From Paragordius varius (taxonomy: Eukaryota; Animalia; Nematomorpha), in NCBI GenBank assembly GCA_964247055.1, contig OZ176053.1, positions 12,772,001-12,836,000 on the forward strand: a stretch of 64,000 bases of DNA, written 5' to 3'. Each line of letters begins with the position of its first letter. The stretch's first letter is position 1. Below, piece by piece: positions 27,446 through 39,699 of this stretch. Position numbers and translations under genes: made by a program. Below the pieces are notes generated by a model. That model worked only from the letters and a program-made list of their open reading frames with translations. It ran no database searches and was not told where the DNA came from.

Positions 27446-28771
27446 TAGTAATGAAGGTAACTGCCGCGAAACACTTGTGTAAGAATTAAATTTGGATTGA
27501 TATTCGCAAACTTATATATTTTATATATTTTGATGTGTAAGTTGCCTTGGTAATTTAAATGGTGATTTATTAATCTTTGCCTAAAGGCCAATGATTTTAC
27601 CTAAAAATAAATTTTCTTTTCGTTTTTTAAACTCTAGATGTCGAAAATGCTTTAATTCACCCTTATGAGTGAGTAAACATTGCTAGAAAGTTATTAGTTA
27701 TTGCCGAATAGTATATACAGCAAAAGGCAGTATTATTGGCTTATAGTTAATTTTTTTTCTTTTTACTATTTTTAGCCAATAATATTATCCTATTTACTAT
27801 TTGGCAAATAATAACTTTCTAGCATTATTTAATTAAACACCATAATTATCACAAAAGTAATTTAGTGAATTCAACGCTGGTATTTTAAATAAAACCTTAT
27901 TTCGTGGTTTGATAAGCGATTTCGCAGAAAAGCTAACTGAATATTTTATAACTAGATTTTACACGATTTTATTAAAAAATTTTGGTTACATTAGTTGCCT
28001 TTTTTATGTTTACTATAGTAAGACTATGATTAATGTTTAAAGACAAAGAAAGTTAAGTCTAAAGTTGAGAAATTTTTACTAAGAGGGATGCATGATCAAT
28101 GATTTTAAAGTGTTTTAACGAAAAGAGTTATTTATAAATGATGTTATTCTCAACGTGCCATATCATTCACTTGCAAAAAATATAGAAATATTTAAAGAGA
28201 AACCGATAGTGAAACCAGAACCAACATATGGCAGACAGTCTTAAAACTTCGATATTATTCGGGTAACTAGTGAGCGGCCTAATTTTGATTTAAAATTCCA
28301 TCCCACTGAAAGAAACGCTTTTAATTTTATCTATATTTTTGTCCTAAAAAAATTTAATAGGCAAAAATATGTAGATAAAATTTAGGCAGAAAAAAGCTCC
28401 ATATCAAACTACTACTTTTTTTATTTCACAACATAAATATATAAAGTTATATCAAATAATTCGAATTTTATATTTGCGTTCATCAATTTTATATAAGTGC
28501 GAATCTGAATTTTAAGTCCTAATAATCTCCAAGACGTAGTTTAAATCGAAGGACCGAAATGAATGTGGTTGTAACCAAGCGTTTAAACATTTTTGTTTTT
28601 AACTGCATCATTATGCATTTTTTAACAATTATATTAGTGTATATTCAATATATTTCAATTTGTGATATGTTAACGTTTATATTTAAATTATTAAATTATT
28701 GTTCGTATTTTGTTACATCGACAATTGTTATTTGGGAACTTTTTATTATTAATAATTTCACCCTTGAGCTT

Positions 28772-28871
28772 TAGTATTATTTTCGATTAAAATAGTAGGG
28801 TTAATATGTTAGATGTTAGAGTAGTATTATTTTCGATAAAAATAGTAGGGTTAATATGTTAGATGTTAGAG
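28772..28871 (+). repeat. 50-bp tandem duplication
   Basis: tagtattattttcgat(t/a)aaaatagtagggttaatatgttagatgttagag occurs twice. Confidence 0.9.
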
Positions 28872-29541
28872 GTTCCACTTCTCTTTGAAAATAGCTTTAA
28901 ATAACCTTTTTGTGAGTGAAATTGCTTACTTTTTATTTGGCTAAAATGTTTTTAATATTGATGCACATACATTGTTTATTTGAAATTCGAAAAAAATGCA
29001 AATGTTATGAGTGTATCGGAAATATCGATCAAAAACGCATCTTGAGATGGATTTCAGTAAATGATTATATCCTAAAAATAGTAGGATAAATTTTTATTGG
29101 AAAATTGAAATTTCATAATAGGATTGTTTAAACAATGGTTTGGTATCTTTTTAAATTCCATCATATCATATATTAGGAAATATAATAGGCAAATATTTTT
29201 TATAATTTTTACATGTTTTGCATAAACCAACAATAAGAACCTTGTTTGGACCGACCTTTTCTTTATAAATTTTAAAGGCTCTTATAACGCTTCATCAAAA
29301 TGTTGATATTAAAACTTTTGACATTTGTATCCTACCGATATCAATTAAGTTATAATGCAATTTAAACAATGTTTTTAGATATATTTTAAGAGTACTTAAC
29401 CTTTAAATAAATTTCTTTCATTTTTGGTATTTATTAAGGCTGTTGGTAATTATATACAAAAAATTATATAAATATTAAGACATTTGTGTTATTGCAGATT
29501 AAATAATTCCAGAACAACCTCAAAATACAATTTCAAACGAT

Positions 29542-29563
29542 ATGTCAGTGCCCAATAAAAAAG
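29542..29563 (+). CDS. Candidate first coding exon portion (MSVPNKK+G) of the micro-exon gene
   Basis: Acceptor ttattgcag before 29498, ATG at 29542, ends in phase 1 at AAAG|gttata. The donor is weak. Confidence 0.25.
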
Positions 29564-30239
29564 GTTATATCAAATTTACCATTAAATTTTTATGATTTGA
29601 TTATCAAAAATTTTTTACATACTATAATTTTTGATCAAAACATACGTTGAAATAATACTTTTGTTATTTGTATAATTTTGCTAACTAAAATATTTGATAT
29701 TTGGTAAGAATGCTCAACAGTCTGAAAATAAATCCACACAGTGATCGATTTTTACTATACCTTGAGGGGAATACCATATGCATTTTATTGTATGTTAAGT
29801 AATTTTATTGCCAGTCAAATAACATAAATTTATCAAATGCGTAAAATACTGACCCACAAAATTTTTTCGTAGTACCCATATGAAAGAGGATTGACGTGAG
29901 AATTAACATAGGCTTTACATAATTTGATGGATATTTTGTAATGAAAAATTTTGAGAATATTATAGCAATTTATGTTAACATATGAAATATTGATGTTAGG
30001 TATTTAGATGCGGAATTTTGTGGATTATTCTCTTTAATAAATTAATATATAAAAAAATAGGGATTTTAAGATTATTTTCGTTAATTATTCCTAATTAAAT
30101 TTAATAATTAATATTTTTTATGATAAATATCTGTATTAATCAAAATTGGTATTGTTATTTTATATTGTTATTACTAATAAATAACACATGCTAATATATA
30201 TTTGTGAAAAATAAAGTATTAGATTGTTTTTTAATTTGT

Positions 30240-31010
30240 TTTATTAATATTTAAGTATTTCAGACATTTTATTTAGGTAAAAATTTTAATAAATTTAGTC
30301 AAGTTTAATTTTTTTTGTTTTTTAATTTTAATTGTGATTAATATTACATATTTTGGACATTTTAAGAAATAGAGGTAAAAATTACCGTTTTAAATTAGTA
30401 AAAATTTAATTCTTTTCTGTTAAGTTTTGCATTGTTAATCGTAATTAATTACTACATATTTTGTACATTATAAATATAGGTAAAAATTTCGGTTTTTGGT
30501 AAATTAAGTAAAAATTTAATATTTTTCTGTTTTTTAGGTTTTATGTTAATTGTAATTTTATGACATAAAATGGAAATTTTAATAATTACAGGTAAAAATT
30601 GTGGTTTTTAATAAATTTGTACAAATTTATTTTTTTTTTGTTTTATTTAACATTGTTAAAAATTAATTCCTACATATTTTGAACATTTAAATAGTTACAA
30701 AAATTGTGGTTTTTAATAAATTTAGTCAAATATAATTTTTGTTTTATTTATTTTGTTAATTTTAAATAATTTTATTTTGACATACTATAATAAAGATAGG
30801 TAAAATTATTCAGATCTAAGAATTTTTTGTTTATCTATATTGCATTGAAAATAAATAATAATTTTAATATATTTTTGCTATAATTATAAAAACAGGTAGA
30901 AAATACTTGGGTTAAGAAATTTTTTTATTATTTTTTAGTTATATTGAAAATTTTACAAAAATTTTTGTTATATTAATAAATACAGGTAAATATATTATAG
31001 TTTAAGAAAA
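30240..31010 (+). repeat. Degenerate AT-rich minisatellite, period about 105-110 bp, about 8 units
   Basis: Recurring acatattttg.acatt...aggtaaaaatt...gtttttaataaattt motif at about 30260, 30350, 30455, 30560, 30672, 30780, 30890 and 30980. Confidence 0.6.
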
Positions 31011-31388
31011 TTTATGTTTTTCCAATTTGTTTTTAAGGTATTGCACTGTTAATTAATTATATTAATATTTTTGACATACATTAATAAAGACAGATATTCA
31101 ATGTTTTTCGGTTTTATATTTAAAAATACCCACCAATAAAAATAATCTATATTCACATAAAACATCGCTGTATAGATGCATAAATATATTTTATAAATTT
31201 TAGTGGTTAAAATACTAATTAAATAACTCAAAATATTCTCCACCGATATTTTTCAATCAAAGCTATAAACAATAAGGAAACAATTTTTAATTATAGATAA
31301 ATTTATTTTAAATCTATTATCATAATATAGATCAAAAATTGATGTTGAAAGCATTTTTTGAAATTAGCATTCTTATTGATTTTTACAG

Positions 31389-31436
31389 GTACTTTGATGA
31401 TTTTAATATTGGTACACGATGCCGTGTGCGTTCATG
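31389..31436 (+). CDS. Candidate 48-nt phase-1 symmetric exon, (G)TLMILILVHDAVCVH
   Basis: Acceptor tttttacag, donor CATG|gtgatc, length a multiple of 3. It lies in the loop of a foldback, and the phase-2 frame is also open. Confidence 0.3.
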
Positions 31437-31479
31437 GTGATCTTAACTCTTAGATTAAGATATCATGAGATGCCAAAAA

Positions 31480-32165
31480 TAACTAGGAAATGTAGATAAT
31501 CATGAAAATTACAATCATCTTCATTTTCTGGGATGATTATATCAATTAAAATATAAGATAGAAACGTTTTTGATTAAAGTATTAGAAAATTAATACCTGG
31601 ATAGAAATATTTTCAACATAATTATGTTAAAACATTCAAAGTTTGAAAGGGGACTAAAGGTTGACCTGGTTTCTCAACAACTTTTGCAAAAAAATATTTT
31701 TTACATGATAAAAAATTAAAAATGATATTTTATGTTTTTGCCTTTTCGTTCTACCAGCCAAATTTTAAAAAATATGAAAAGGCTTATATATTAATGACGT
31801 CAAATAGAAAATAGACCAAAAACTAGGCAAAAAGAACACTAACATTGTTTTTTGTTGAAGAATAGTTTTTCATATTTAGTTTAGGATGGTAGAACGAAAA
31901 CGCAAATTGAACGCATGAAATATCATTTTTGAATTTTTTTTCATGAATAAAATTTTTTTTATTTACTTGGTAAAAGTGCAGGTCAACCTTATTTAGTACC
32001 CTTTCAAAGTTTGCAATATTCAAAATTACAATAAAATACTTCTAGAATCCAGGTATCAATTTTTCAATACTAAATACGTTTCTATCTTATATTTTAGTTG
32101 TTATAATCAACCCAGAAAATGATGGTGATTGTAATTTTCAAGATTATCTACATTACCTAGTGAAA
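31480..32165. mobile_element. Palindromic MITE nested in the foldback loop
   Basis: 31480-31700 is the reverse complement of 31950-32165, e.g. tagataatcatgaaaattacaatca versus tgattgtaattttcaagattatcta. Confidence 0.7.
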
Positions 32166-32812
32166 TTGGGCTAAATTATGTAAAACCGTAATTTCTATCT
32201 GCATTTATAAAAATATATTAAAATTTATTAATAATTAACAATACAAAACATAAAAAAAGAATATCTACTTAAATTTTATTCCTAATAATATATATTAATA
32301 TATTAAAATACTAAAAAATTAATTAACAATGCAAAAACTAAAAAACAAAACAATCTAAAATCTAATTAAATTTTTACAAATATATATATTCCTATGTTTT
32401 TTTAATTAGTACAGTAATAACTATATAAAAAAATAATAAATTTTCGATTAATACAGGTATTTATCCTGTTAAAAATATTAATTATTAGATTTAATTAGGA
32501 ATATTTAACATAAATATTCTTAAAATACCTATTATTTATTAATTTATTAAAGATGAAAACCCACAAAATTCCGCATCTAAATATGTAACAACAATATTAC
32601 AAATGTTAACATATGCTATAATATCCCCAAAATTTATCATTACAAAATATCCATCAAATTAAAACTATGTTAATTCTCACGTCAATCCTCATTCATATGT
32701 GTACTACGAAAAAATTTTGTGAATCAGTATTTTACGCATTTGATAAACCAGTTATGTTATTTGACTGGCAATAAAATTACTTAACATACATTAAAATGCA
32801 TATTGTATATAC

Positions 32813-35554
32813 CAGGGGTGGCCAACGAGGTGACCGCGGTCACTTTCGTGACCGCGACAACTCAAAAAGTGACCGCCTGAAAATATTTTTTTAAAAAAAT
32901 TTTATTGATTTTTTTCGGATAGTTGGCTACTTCTGAGCGAATTTAAATTTAAAATACAAAAAAATACGGTTTAAATTAAAAAAAAACGTCTAAGAAAAGG
33001 GTGTAAAAAAATTATTTTATTAATTATAATTCATATGTTTTGGAGCATTTGCATTAAAACTTAAAATCAGTCATTTCCCTTGAATATATCAAAACTTTGA
33101 GCAAAGCTTATTCATAAATCAGAAGCATAATCGTGAAGTTAGATTTGATTTGATACACCAAAAGTAGGTTTTTAAAACTTATATTTTAGAATGAGCCAAA
33201 AAAAGTTGTACAGATACAAGAAAGATTGGGAGCATGAATACTTTTTTATTATGATAAATGAAACATGCACCTGTCTAATATGCAATAGTACTGTTGCTTT
33301 GCCCAAAAAGTCAAATATTGAAAGACATTATAGATCTCTGCATCCACATTACTCCAAAAACCACCCCTTACAAACTCAAGAACGCAACATTAAAGTAAAG
33401 GAATTAAAAGAACAATTATCCGCCTCACAAAATAGCATACTTAAATACAACAAAGACTATAAAAATGCTACGATTGCTTCATTCAAGGTAGCGGAAATAC
33501 TCATTCGGAACAATAAGCCATTCCAAGATGGTGAAATATTTAAAGAAGCCTTTATTAGCGCTTGTGATATTTTATTAGAAAATTTTGATAACAAAAATAA
33601 TATTATGACAGCTATTAAAAGCATAAGCTTATCGAGAAATACCGTTATGCGCAGGGCTGAAGATATTAGTAATAATCTTGATGAAATTTTACATGAAAAT
33701 ATTGATAACTGTATTTTTTTTCCTTGCAACTCGATGAGTCCACCGATTATGTTGGAATCGCCCAATTATGCATTTTTATTCGTATGATATTTAGTGATTT
33801 ATCTGCAAAGGAGGAATTATTAACTATAATACCACTCCACGAACGAACCAGAGGGCAGGCTATTTTTGATTCTTTTTATAAATTTATCACAGATACGAAA
33901 CTTCCCATCGTAAAACTCGCATCTATAACTACTGATGGAGCTCCAGCTATGATTGGCGTTAACAACGGCTTTATCGCTTTATGTAAAAATCACAGTGCAT
34001 TTCCCAAGTTCATTGATTACCATTGTATAATCCATAATCAAGTTTTATGTTCAAAAGTTTTAAAATACCATCATGTAATGAACCCCTGTTTTAAAATTGT
34101 TAACGCCATTCGAACAAAAAGCTTGTCCCGCCGCCAATTTCGAATTTTGTTAAATGAGTACGGCGTTTAATATGGAGAACTTTTATTACATACTGATGTA
34201 AGGTGGTTGAGTCGTGCCGCATTTTTAATTAGATTTAGGCAACTTTTACCACAAATAGAAATTTTTTTAGAGAATTCTAAATTTTCATACCCTGAATTGA
34301 AAGATCAAGATTGGCTGCTTGATCTTGCATTTTTATGCGATATCACGGAAAAATTGCATAAATTAAACATTCAATTACAAGGAAAAGATAAAACAATAAT
34401 GGATATGATGGGTGCTTTAAAATCTTTTAAGGAAACACTAACAGTAGTAGAAACACAATTAAAAAACCGAGATTTAAAACATTTTTTTAATCTGGCAGCG
34501 GTGTCTGAAAAAATAGAGAATCTCTCTTTTGAAAAATATGCAGATGATATTGGTCTGCTTATTAATGATTTTGAAAAACAATTTTCATCTATAAATAAAC
34601 TTGAAGACATCGCTATTTTTTTATCATGCCCATTTAATAATAATAATAATAATGTTGAATATATTGCTCAAAAACTCAGCCACTTTCTTGGTGTACCAAA
34701 TTTAGCAGAGTTGGAAGAGGAATTAATAAATGTTAAATGCGATATCCATCTAAAATCATTAGGATCAGATATATATAAATTTATAAATAAAGATAAATAC
34801 CCCCATATTTTGAAAACCGCTGCATTATTCAATTCTTTTTTTGGATCCACATATTTATGTGAATCGGCTTTTTCAATTATGAATGCTATCAAAACTAAAC
34901 AGAGGTCACAATTAACTAATAAACATTTAGAATCATGTTTGAGAATTGCTTTGACTTCATTTAAACCTAATTTAGATAAACTTTCTGAATTTTTTCGCAG
35001 TCGGGCGTTTTAAATATTTTTTTCTTTATTAAATATGGATGTTTATCGAGTTGTATTTTCGCTTAGGAAAAAGCCGATTTACTAAAAAATATGTGGATAG
35101 AATTAAAACTGATACAATTTTAATGTACTCTTATTTATGTTCAAATTATGGTTCTAAATTGGAATGCTATTTTTTATTTCTTTTATTTTTTGTATCATAA
35201 TGTATTCTCCCCTGTAATTTCAAATGCATTGTTTAAATTTTTATATTGTAAAATTTCATATAATAGAAATTTAATAAATAAATATTTTGAAGTGTTTTAT
35301 GTTGGTTAAAAAATTAAGGTAGTTAATAACCCGTTGTCTTTTAATTAAAATTATTTTTGTATTTGGTTGATAGATAAAAAAATTACAATTTTAAAATGGT
35401 TTAAACAAGTCACTCTAATCTGTAAAGCAGGTATATACATCATTTAAAGTGTTGATTGAGTTTTTTTGATAAATATTTCTGGGTGACCGCGAACTCTTTT
35501 TTTAACAAAAAAGCCAAAAAAAAGCTCGCGACAAAAAAAGTGTGGCCACCCCTG
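32813..35554 (+). mobile_element. Full-length hAT transposon, Charlie/Buster type (2742 bp)
   Basis: 12-bp perfect TIR CAGGGGTGGCCA, identical 8-bp TSD GTATATAC with TA at positions 4-5, subterminal GTGACCGC repeats. Confidence 0.96.
33191..35013 (+). pseudogene. hAT transposase (GTF2IRD2/EPM2AIP1-like Charlie group) with one frameshift and one in-frame stop
   Basis: BED-like CLIC..NIERHYRSLH, LDESTD, TTDGAPAM, HCIIH, VRWLSR, FGSTYLCESAFS. Frameshift in the T8 run at 33714-33721 and TAA at 34168-34170. Confidence 0.93.
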
Positions 35555-35595
35555 GTATATACATTAATAATATAAAATTATTAATATATCTATAG

Positions 35596-35628
35596 ACTCT
35601 TCTTTAAACTGGCTGGATTTAGAAATCG
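35596..35628 (+). CDS. Micro-exon type B1, 33 nt, phase 1-1: (D)SSLNWLDLEI
   Basis: atctatag|ACTCTTCT...GAAATCG|gtatgt. Paralogous to 36541 and 37210, with synonymous differences. Confidence 0.75.
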
Positions 35629-36429
35629 GTATGTTTTACTATTCATTCTTTTTTATTATAATTTTGTACATATTAAAAAATATAATATCAACTATACTTT
35701 GGCAAAGCATTTATTTAATTGTATAATCTTAGTTTAATTTTAAAATATTAACACTTTTCATTTTTTCTCGCTATTTTGGGTGTTTTACCACATTACTATT
35801 GTATTATGGTTTTTTAATTAATATTTAAAAATCAAATCATCTACTCTTGTATTAGAATTGAACAGCTCGATAAAAATCTCAAATATTAAAAAGATTTTAA
35901 TAAAATATAAGTTGAAAGCTTTCCACAGTAAATTAACATCTAATACACAATTATTTAGGTTTAGACTTTTAAGAATAATGGCGCGAAAAGGTTTGAGACG
36001 AAGAAAGTTTTTACTTTTTCCATTTATAAACTAACGAGTAAGAAGTTGGGACCTGACGCTGTCAAATACAAAAATATTTAGCAAGTTTAGGGGCAAAATT
36101 AAACGGATTTTAGGTGGATCATCGTACAAAAAATATTATTTTTCAGTAAAAACAACATTTTTTTATCCACAAGCAGAACCTTGCACAAAACCCTTTTTAA
36201 ATAAGCATATTTTAATGTTTTTATGTTGTTTTCGGTATTGAATAAAAATTAACAATAACACAGTGTTTTTACTATACTTTGATGCGATTATTACCCATGT
36301 ATAAAATATTTTCATAACCATTTACGGAATAAAAAATCTGTTTCAAATAGGATAATAAAAATCACTTTATTATTAGGGTGTTTTTTAAATTAATTTTAAT
36401 GCTATGCTGGTATATTTTATTCTTAATAG

Positions 36430-36462
36430 ATAATCCAATAGCAAAACCCAAAAAAACTCCAG
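36430..36462 (+). CDS. Micro-exon type A1, 33 nt, phase 1-1: (D)NPIAKPKKTP
   Basis: tcttaatag|ATAATCCA...ACTCCAG|gtatac. Only the phase-1 frame is free of stops. Confidence 0.75.
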
Positions 36463-36540
36463 GTATACTTATTTTAATATTTATCCTATAAATTAAAACA
36501 AATAATATATACATTATAATAAATAAATTTATATCTATAG

Positions 36541-36570
36541 AGCTCTCTATAAACCTATTGGATTTGTCAG
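36541..36570 (+). CDS. Micro-exon type B2, 30 nt, phase 1-1: (E)LSINLLDLS
   Basis: atctatag|AGCTCTCT...TTGTCAG|gtatgt. One codon shorter than B1 and B3, so the frame is kept. 78-nt intron from A1. Confidence 0.75.
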
Positions 36571-37092
36571 GTATGTTTTATTTTACATTATTCTTTTTTA
36601 TCATAATTTTTTCGATAATTAAAAATATAGACCCATTTTTTCCATTTTTTAACTAACGATTAAAAATACAGGGGGGAACTGACGCAGACAAATACAAAAA
36701 TTATTGAGTTTATCAAATTTACAAAATTAAACGGATTTTAGGCCGATCGTCGCACAAATCAATATACCATTTTTCAGTAAAAACAACATTTTTCATCCTC
36801 AAGAATTTTTTATAAGCACAAACCTGTATACAACAAAACATTTTAAAAGTTTTAGCACTTATACTGTTTTTATGTTGTTTGATTTTCGGCATTGAGTAAA
36901 AAATAATCCACACAGTATATTTACTATAATTTAATGCGATTTATACTTATGTATAAAATATACATTTTCATAACCATTATGGAATAAAAAATCTGTTTTA
37001 AATAGAAAAATGGAAATCACTTTATTATTATTTTAACGTGATTTTTTCGATAATAATTTTAATGCTATGATGGTATATTTTATGCTCAATAG

Positions 37093-37125
37093 ATGATCCC
37101 ATACCGAAGTCAATCAAAACGCCAG
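37093..37125 (+). CDS. Micro-exon type A2, 33 nt, phase 1-1: (D)DPIPKSIKTP
   Basis: gctcaatag|ATGATCCC...ACGCCAG|gtatac. Synonymous changes versus A1: CCA/CCC, AAA/AAG, ACT/ACG. Confidence 0.75.
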
Positions 37126-37209
37126 GTATACTTAATTTTAATATTCATCCTACAAATTATTACAAATTATATATACATTAAAATAAATTAATTTATAATA
37201 TATCTATAG

Positions 37210-37242
37210 ACCCCTCTCTTAACTGGCTAGATTTAGAAACAG
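37210..37242 (+). CDS. Micro-exon type B3, 33 nt, phase 1-1: (D)PSLNWLDLET
   Basis: atctatag|ACCCCTCT...GAAACAG|gtatgt. Only phase 1 is open. Synonymous TTA/CTT and CTG/CTA versus B1. 84-nt intron from A2. Confidence 0.78.
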
Positions 37243-38142
37243 GTATGTTTTATTCGGTTTTTTTTTATATTTTGTACATACTATTTGAAACATTTATTTA
37301 CATGTAGTTATGTCAGTTTATTCCTAGATTCTAACACTTTTTACTTTTTATCGCGATTATATTTTGGGCTAGTTTTAGACCCCAGATATTAAAGTAAAAT
37401 TAAGTTTTTTCGTTAACATTTAATGACCAAACCAGTTAATCCTGTTTTAGGTATGGAAATAAAATTTTTATAGTTTTTTTGACTTGGGAAAAGCTCTATA
37501 AAAATCTAAAAATATTAAAAAATATTTGGTAAAATAATTGAAAGTTAAGTAGATTTAAGTAAATTCTAATTTTTTCAAAATATACATTTTTTGAAAATTT
37601 TATTTTTAGATGTGAGCTTTAAAAGTACCAAACTTTTTCCTCTGTAAAAATAAATGGTCCTTTTAAAATAAAAGCGATTGAGGGGATTGCGTAATAATTA
37701 TTATATACTAAAAATATTATTTATGAATAAAAAAATTTAATTTTTACAAAATTCGGTTCAAGCGTTCGTACTATTTTAAGTCATTAACGAAACGGTTAAA
37801 TAAAGCTTTAAAATATAATAAAAACACTTTCTCTAATTATTTCAATGATGCTGATTTCCATCTCAAAATTTGAATTAAAACGTTTGTTTTTCTTCATGGT
37901 AAATTGATATTGCATTTTTCACGAAAATTTACCGGATTCATTAGGCACATCATTACTCCAAATAAAATTCTGAAGCGATAGATAAAATTAATCAGCTTTA
38001 TTAAATTATACAATCGACAAGAATTACCATTTTTATATATAGTTAAAGTAAATGGCTCAAACTCGTATAAATGATTTTCAAAATTTAAATAGTTAATTTA
38101 TATTATATCTGATGATCGGTTATTTCGTAAAACCTTTTTCAG

Positions 38143-38205
38143 GATCAAGAAATTTTAAAACAAAATTAATAACATATAAAATGGTGACAATGATGTATGG
38201 TAAAG
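38143..38205 (+). CDS. Candidate optional 63-nt phase 1-1 exon, (G)SRNFKTKLITYKMVTMMYGK
   Basis: cctttttcag| ... AAAG|gtatct, open and a multiple of 3. No paralog to support it. Confidence 0.25.
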
Positions 38206-38329
38206 GTATCTCTAACTAGCGAAAAAAACAGTAAACATTACTGGAGATAACTAGTTATAAACACCCTTAATTAATGGATGGATGGATTACACAATTTTTT
38301 AATAAGTAAGATAAAAAAAATGTGTTATG

Positions 38330-39600
38330 GTTGCATCATAAATTATTATATAAGGTGTTCGACAATACCATACCGTCAGCACGGTTGAGATTTGCATTTT
38401 GCTTTTATTTCAATAGCTTCACGTTAAATGGTTTTGAACGATCTTTAATGTTAGCGAATAATTCTTTAGCTATGTGGTGACCTAGAACAAATGTGTTTAG
38501 CAAGACCGGAATTAAATAATTATATATATTGTGTATGTTCTTTTCTTTTTTCGGGAGGAATAGAGTCTTTATATTTATGTGATAATTTTGAGGTTTTTTA
38601 TATAATTTTAAATCTGTTTAATAGGTGACCGATATTTGTGGTTAATTTTTAACAAAGGGTAGAGAGGCAGTTGCAACGAATTGATCATTTAATTGTTGTT
38701 TAGTTGGGGTTTATTGTGGATTCTATTGAGAATCGGGGTCGGTAGCCATTTTGTTGGAAAGATTGACGAAAATGGTTTGTTTCGGGTCGCAGTAAGGCGG
38801 AAGTCGCATATTTCTTGAGCGCGGTGGATTAGAATTTTAATAATTAATTTTTTTGGCTGGGGTATGATGAGAGTCGGCATTGAGGTAAAGGTTGGTCTGA
38901 GGTCTGAGCTATACAGTAAATCCAAGTTTTTCATTTTTTGTTTTTATAACAAAGATGTTTAAGAAGCTTATAGTTTTATTAAATTCCATAGTAAATTATT
39001 TATTACTATTTATATTATTTTTAAAATTTAAAAATTGCCATAACTTATCCTATCCTATCTATGGGGCCAAATTGCAAACACATCATCGACATATCGTAGC
39101 CAATGACTTGGAACTAGAGAAGTGGAATTAAAGATTGTTTCTTCAAAAATATATAGATCGGTAAGGATTAGAGAAATGCTTGACCCCATAGATGGGTAAT
39201 ATTGAGGTAAAATTGGTTGTTAATAGAAAAAAGGGTATTAAAAAGACATATTTTAACTATTCGGGAATATCAGGGTGTTAATCCTTGTTTGTTAAATTGT
39301 TTAATTTTTTAATTTGTTTTTGAGATTTCTATTGAAGACAGACGTACATCAAACGTTACAACTATCGGTATTTTTAATGTTCAAATATTTGATTTTTTAA
39401 AGATATCTGTTGAGTTCTTGAAAAAAATGTGGTTCTGTACGCAAATGGTTTTAGGCACTTGAGCAGTTGTTTGGAAAGTAAATCTGTCGGCGAGTGATAT
39501 TACTCACAATGGGACGAGATAGTATATAAACTTTAGGTAGACGGTAAATCCGCGGGGGATAGTAAATAAGGTGTGGCTGCTGTTTTTTGTTTTTCTAAAA
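38330..39600 (-). pseudogene. Decayed Penelope-like retroelement (RT and GIY-YIG C-terminal region)
   Basis: Minus-strand PRIYRLPKV..SRPIVS, VTFDV, MGSS, WLRYVDDVFAIWPH, LYLNADSHH, LIHRAQEIC, QQNGY, SLPFV, REAIEIK, NLNRADG. Confidence 0.88.
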
Positions 39601-39699
39601 ATGATGATTGCTTTAAATAAATTAACAATTTATTTTTTAAAAATTATTTATACGCGTTTTAGCCATTTACTTTAACTAATCAAATTATATGGTTTTATA

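Larger units (their letters stand above)
29777..32804. mobile_element. Foldback-like structure with about 480-bp inverted arms enclosing a tandem array
   Basis: 29777-30250 is the reverse complement of about 32290-32804, e.g. ttattgccagtcaaataac versus gttatttgactggcaataa. TA occurs at both outer edges. Confidence 0.7.
36050..37300 (+). repeat. Tandem duplication of an exon-intron cassette (period about 620-670 bp; third partial unit at about 35570-35760)
   Basis: Shared intronic anchors ctgacgc..caaatacaaaaat, attaaacggattttagg, cagtaaaaacaacatt and ggaataaaaaatctgttt in both units. Confidence 0.85.

Noticed and set aside
30240-31010. Repeated ag|gtaaaa motifs in the about 107-bp array as another micro-exon set
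   Set aside because: No consistent acceptors, in-frame stops, and no codon-like conservation between units.
33457-34892. Antisense ORFs 33457-33765, 34371-34610 and 34668-34892
   Set aside because: They are shadows of the sense transposase frame.
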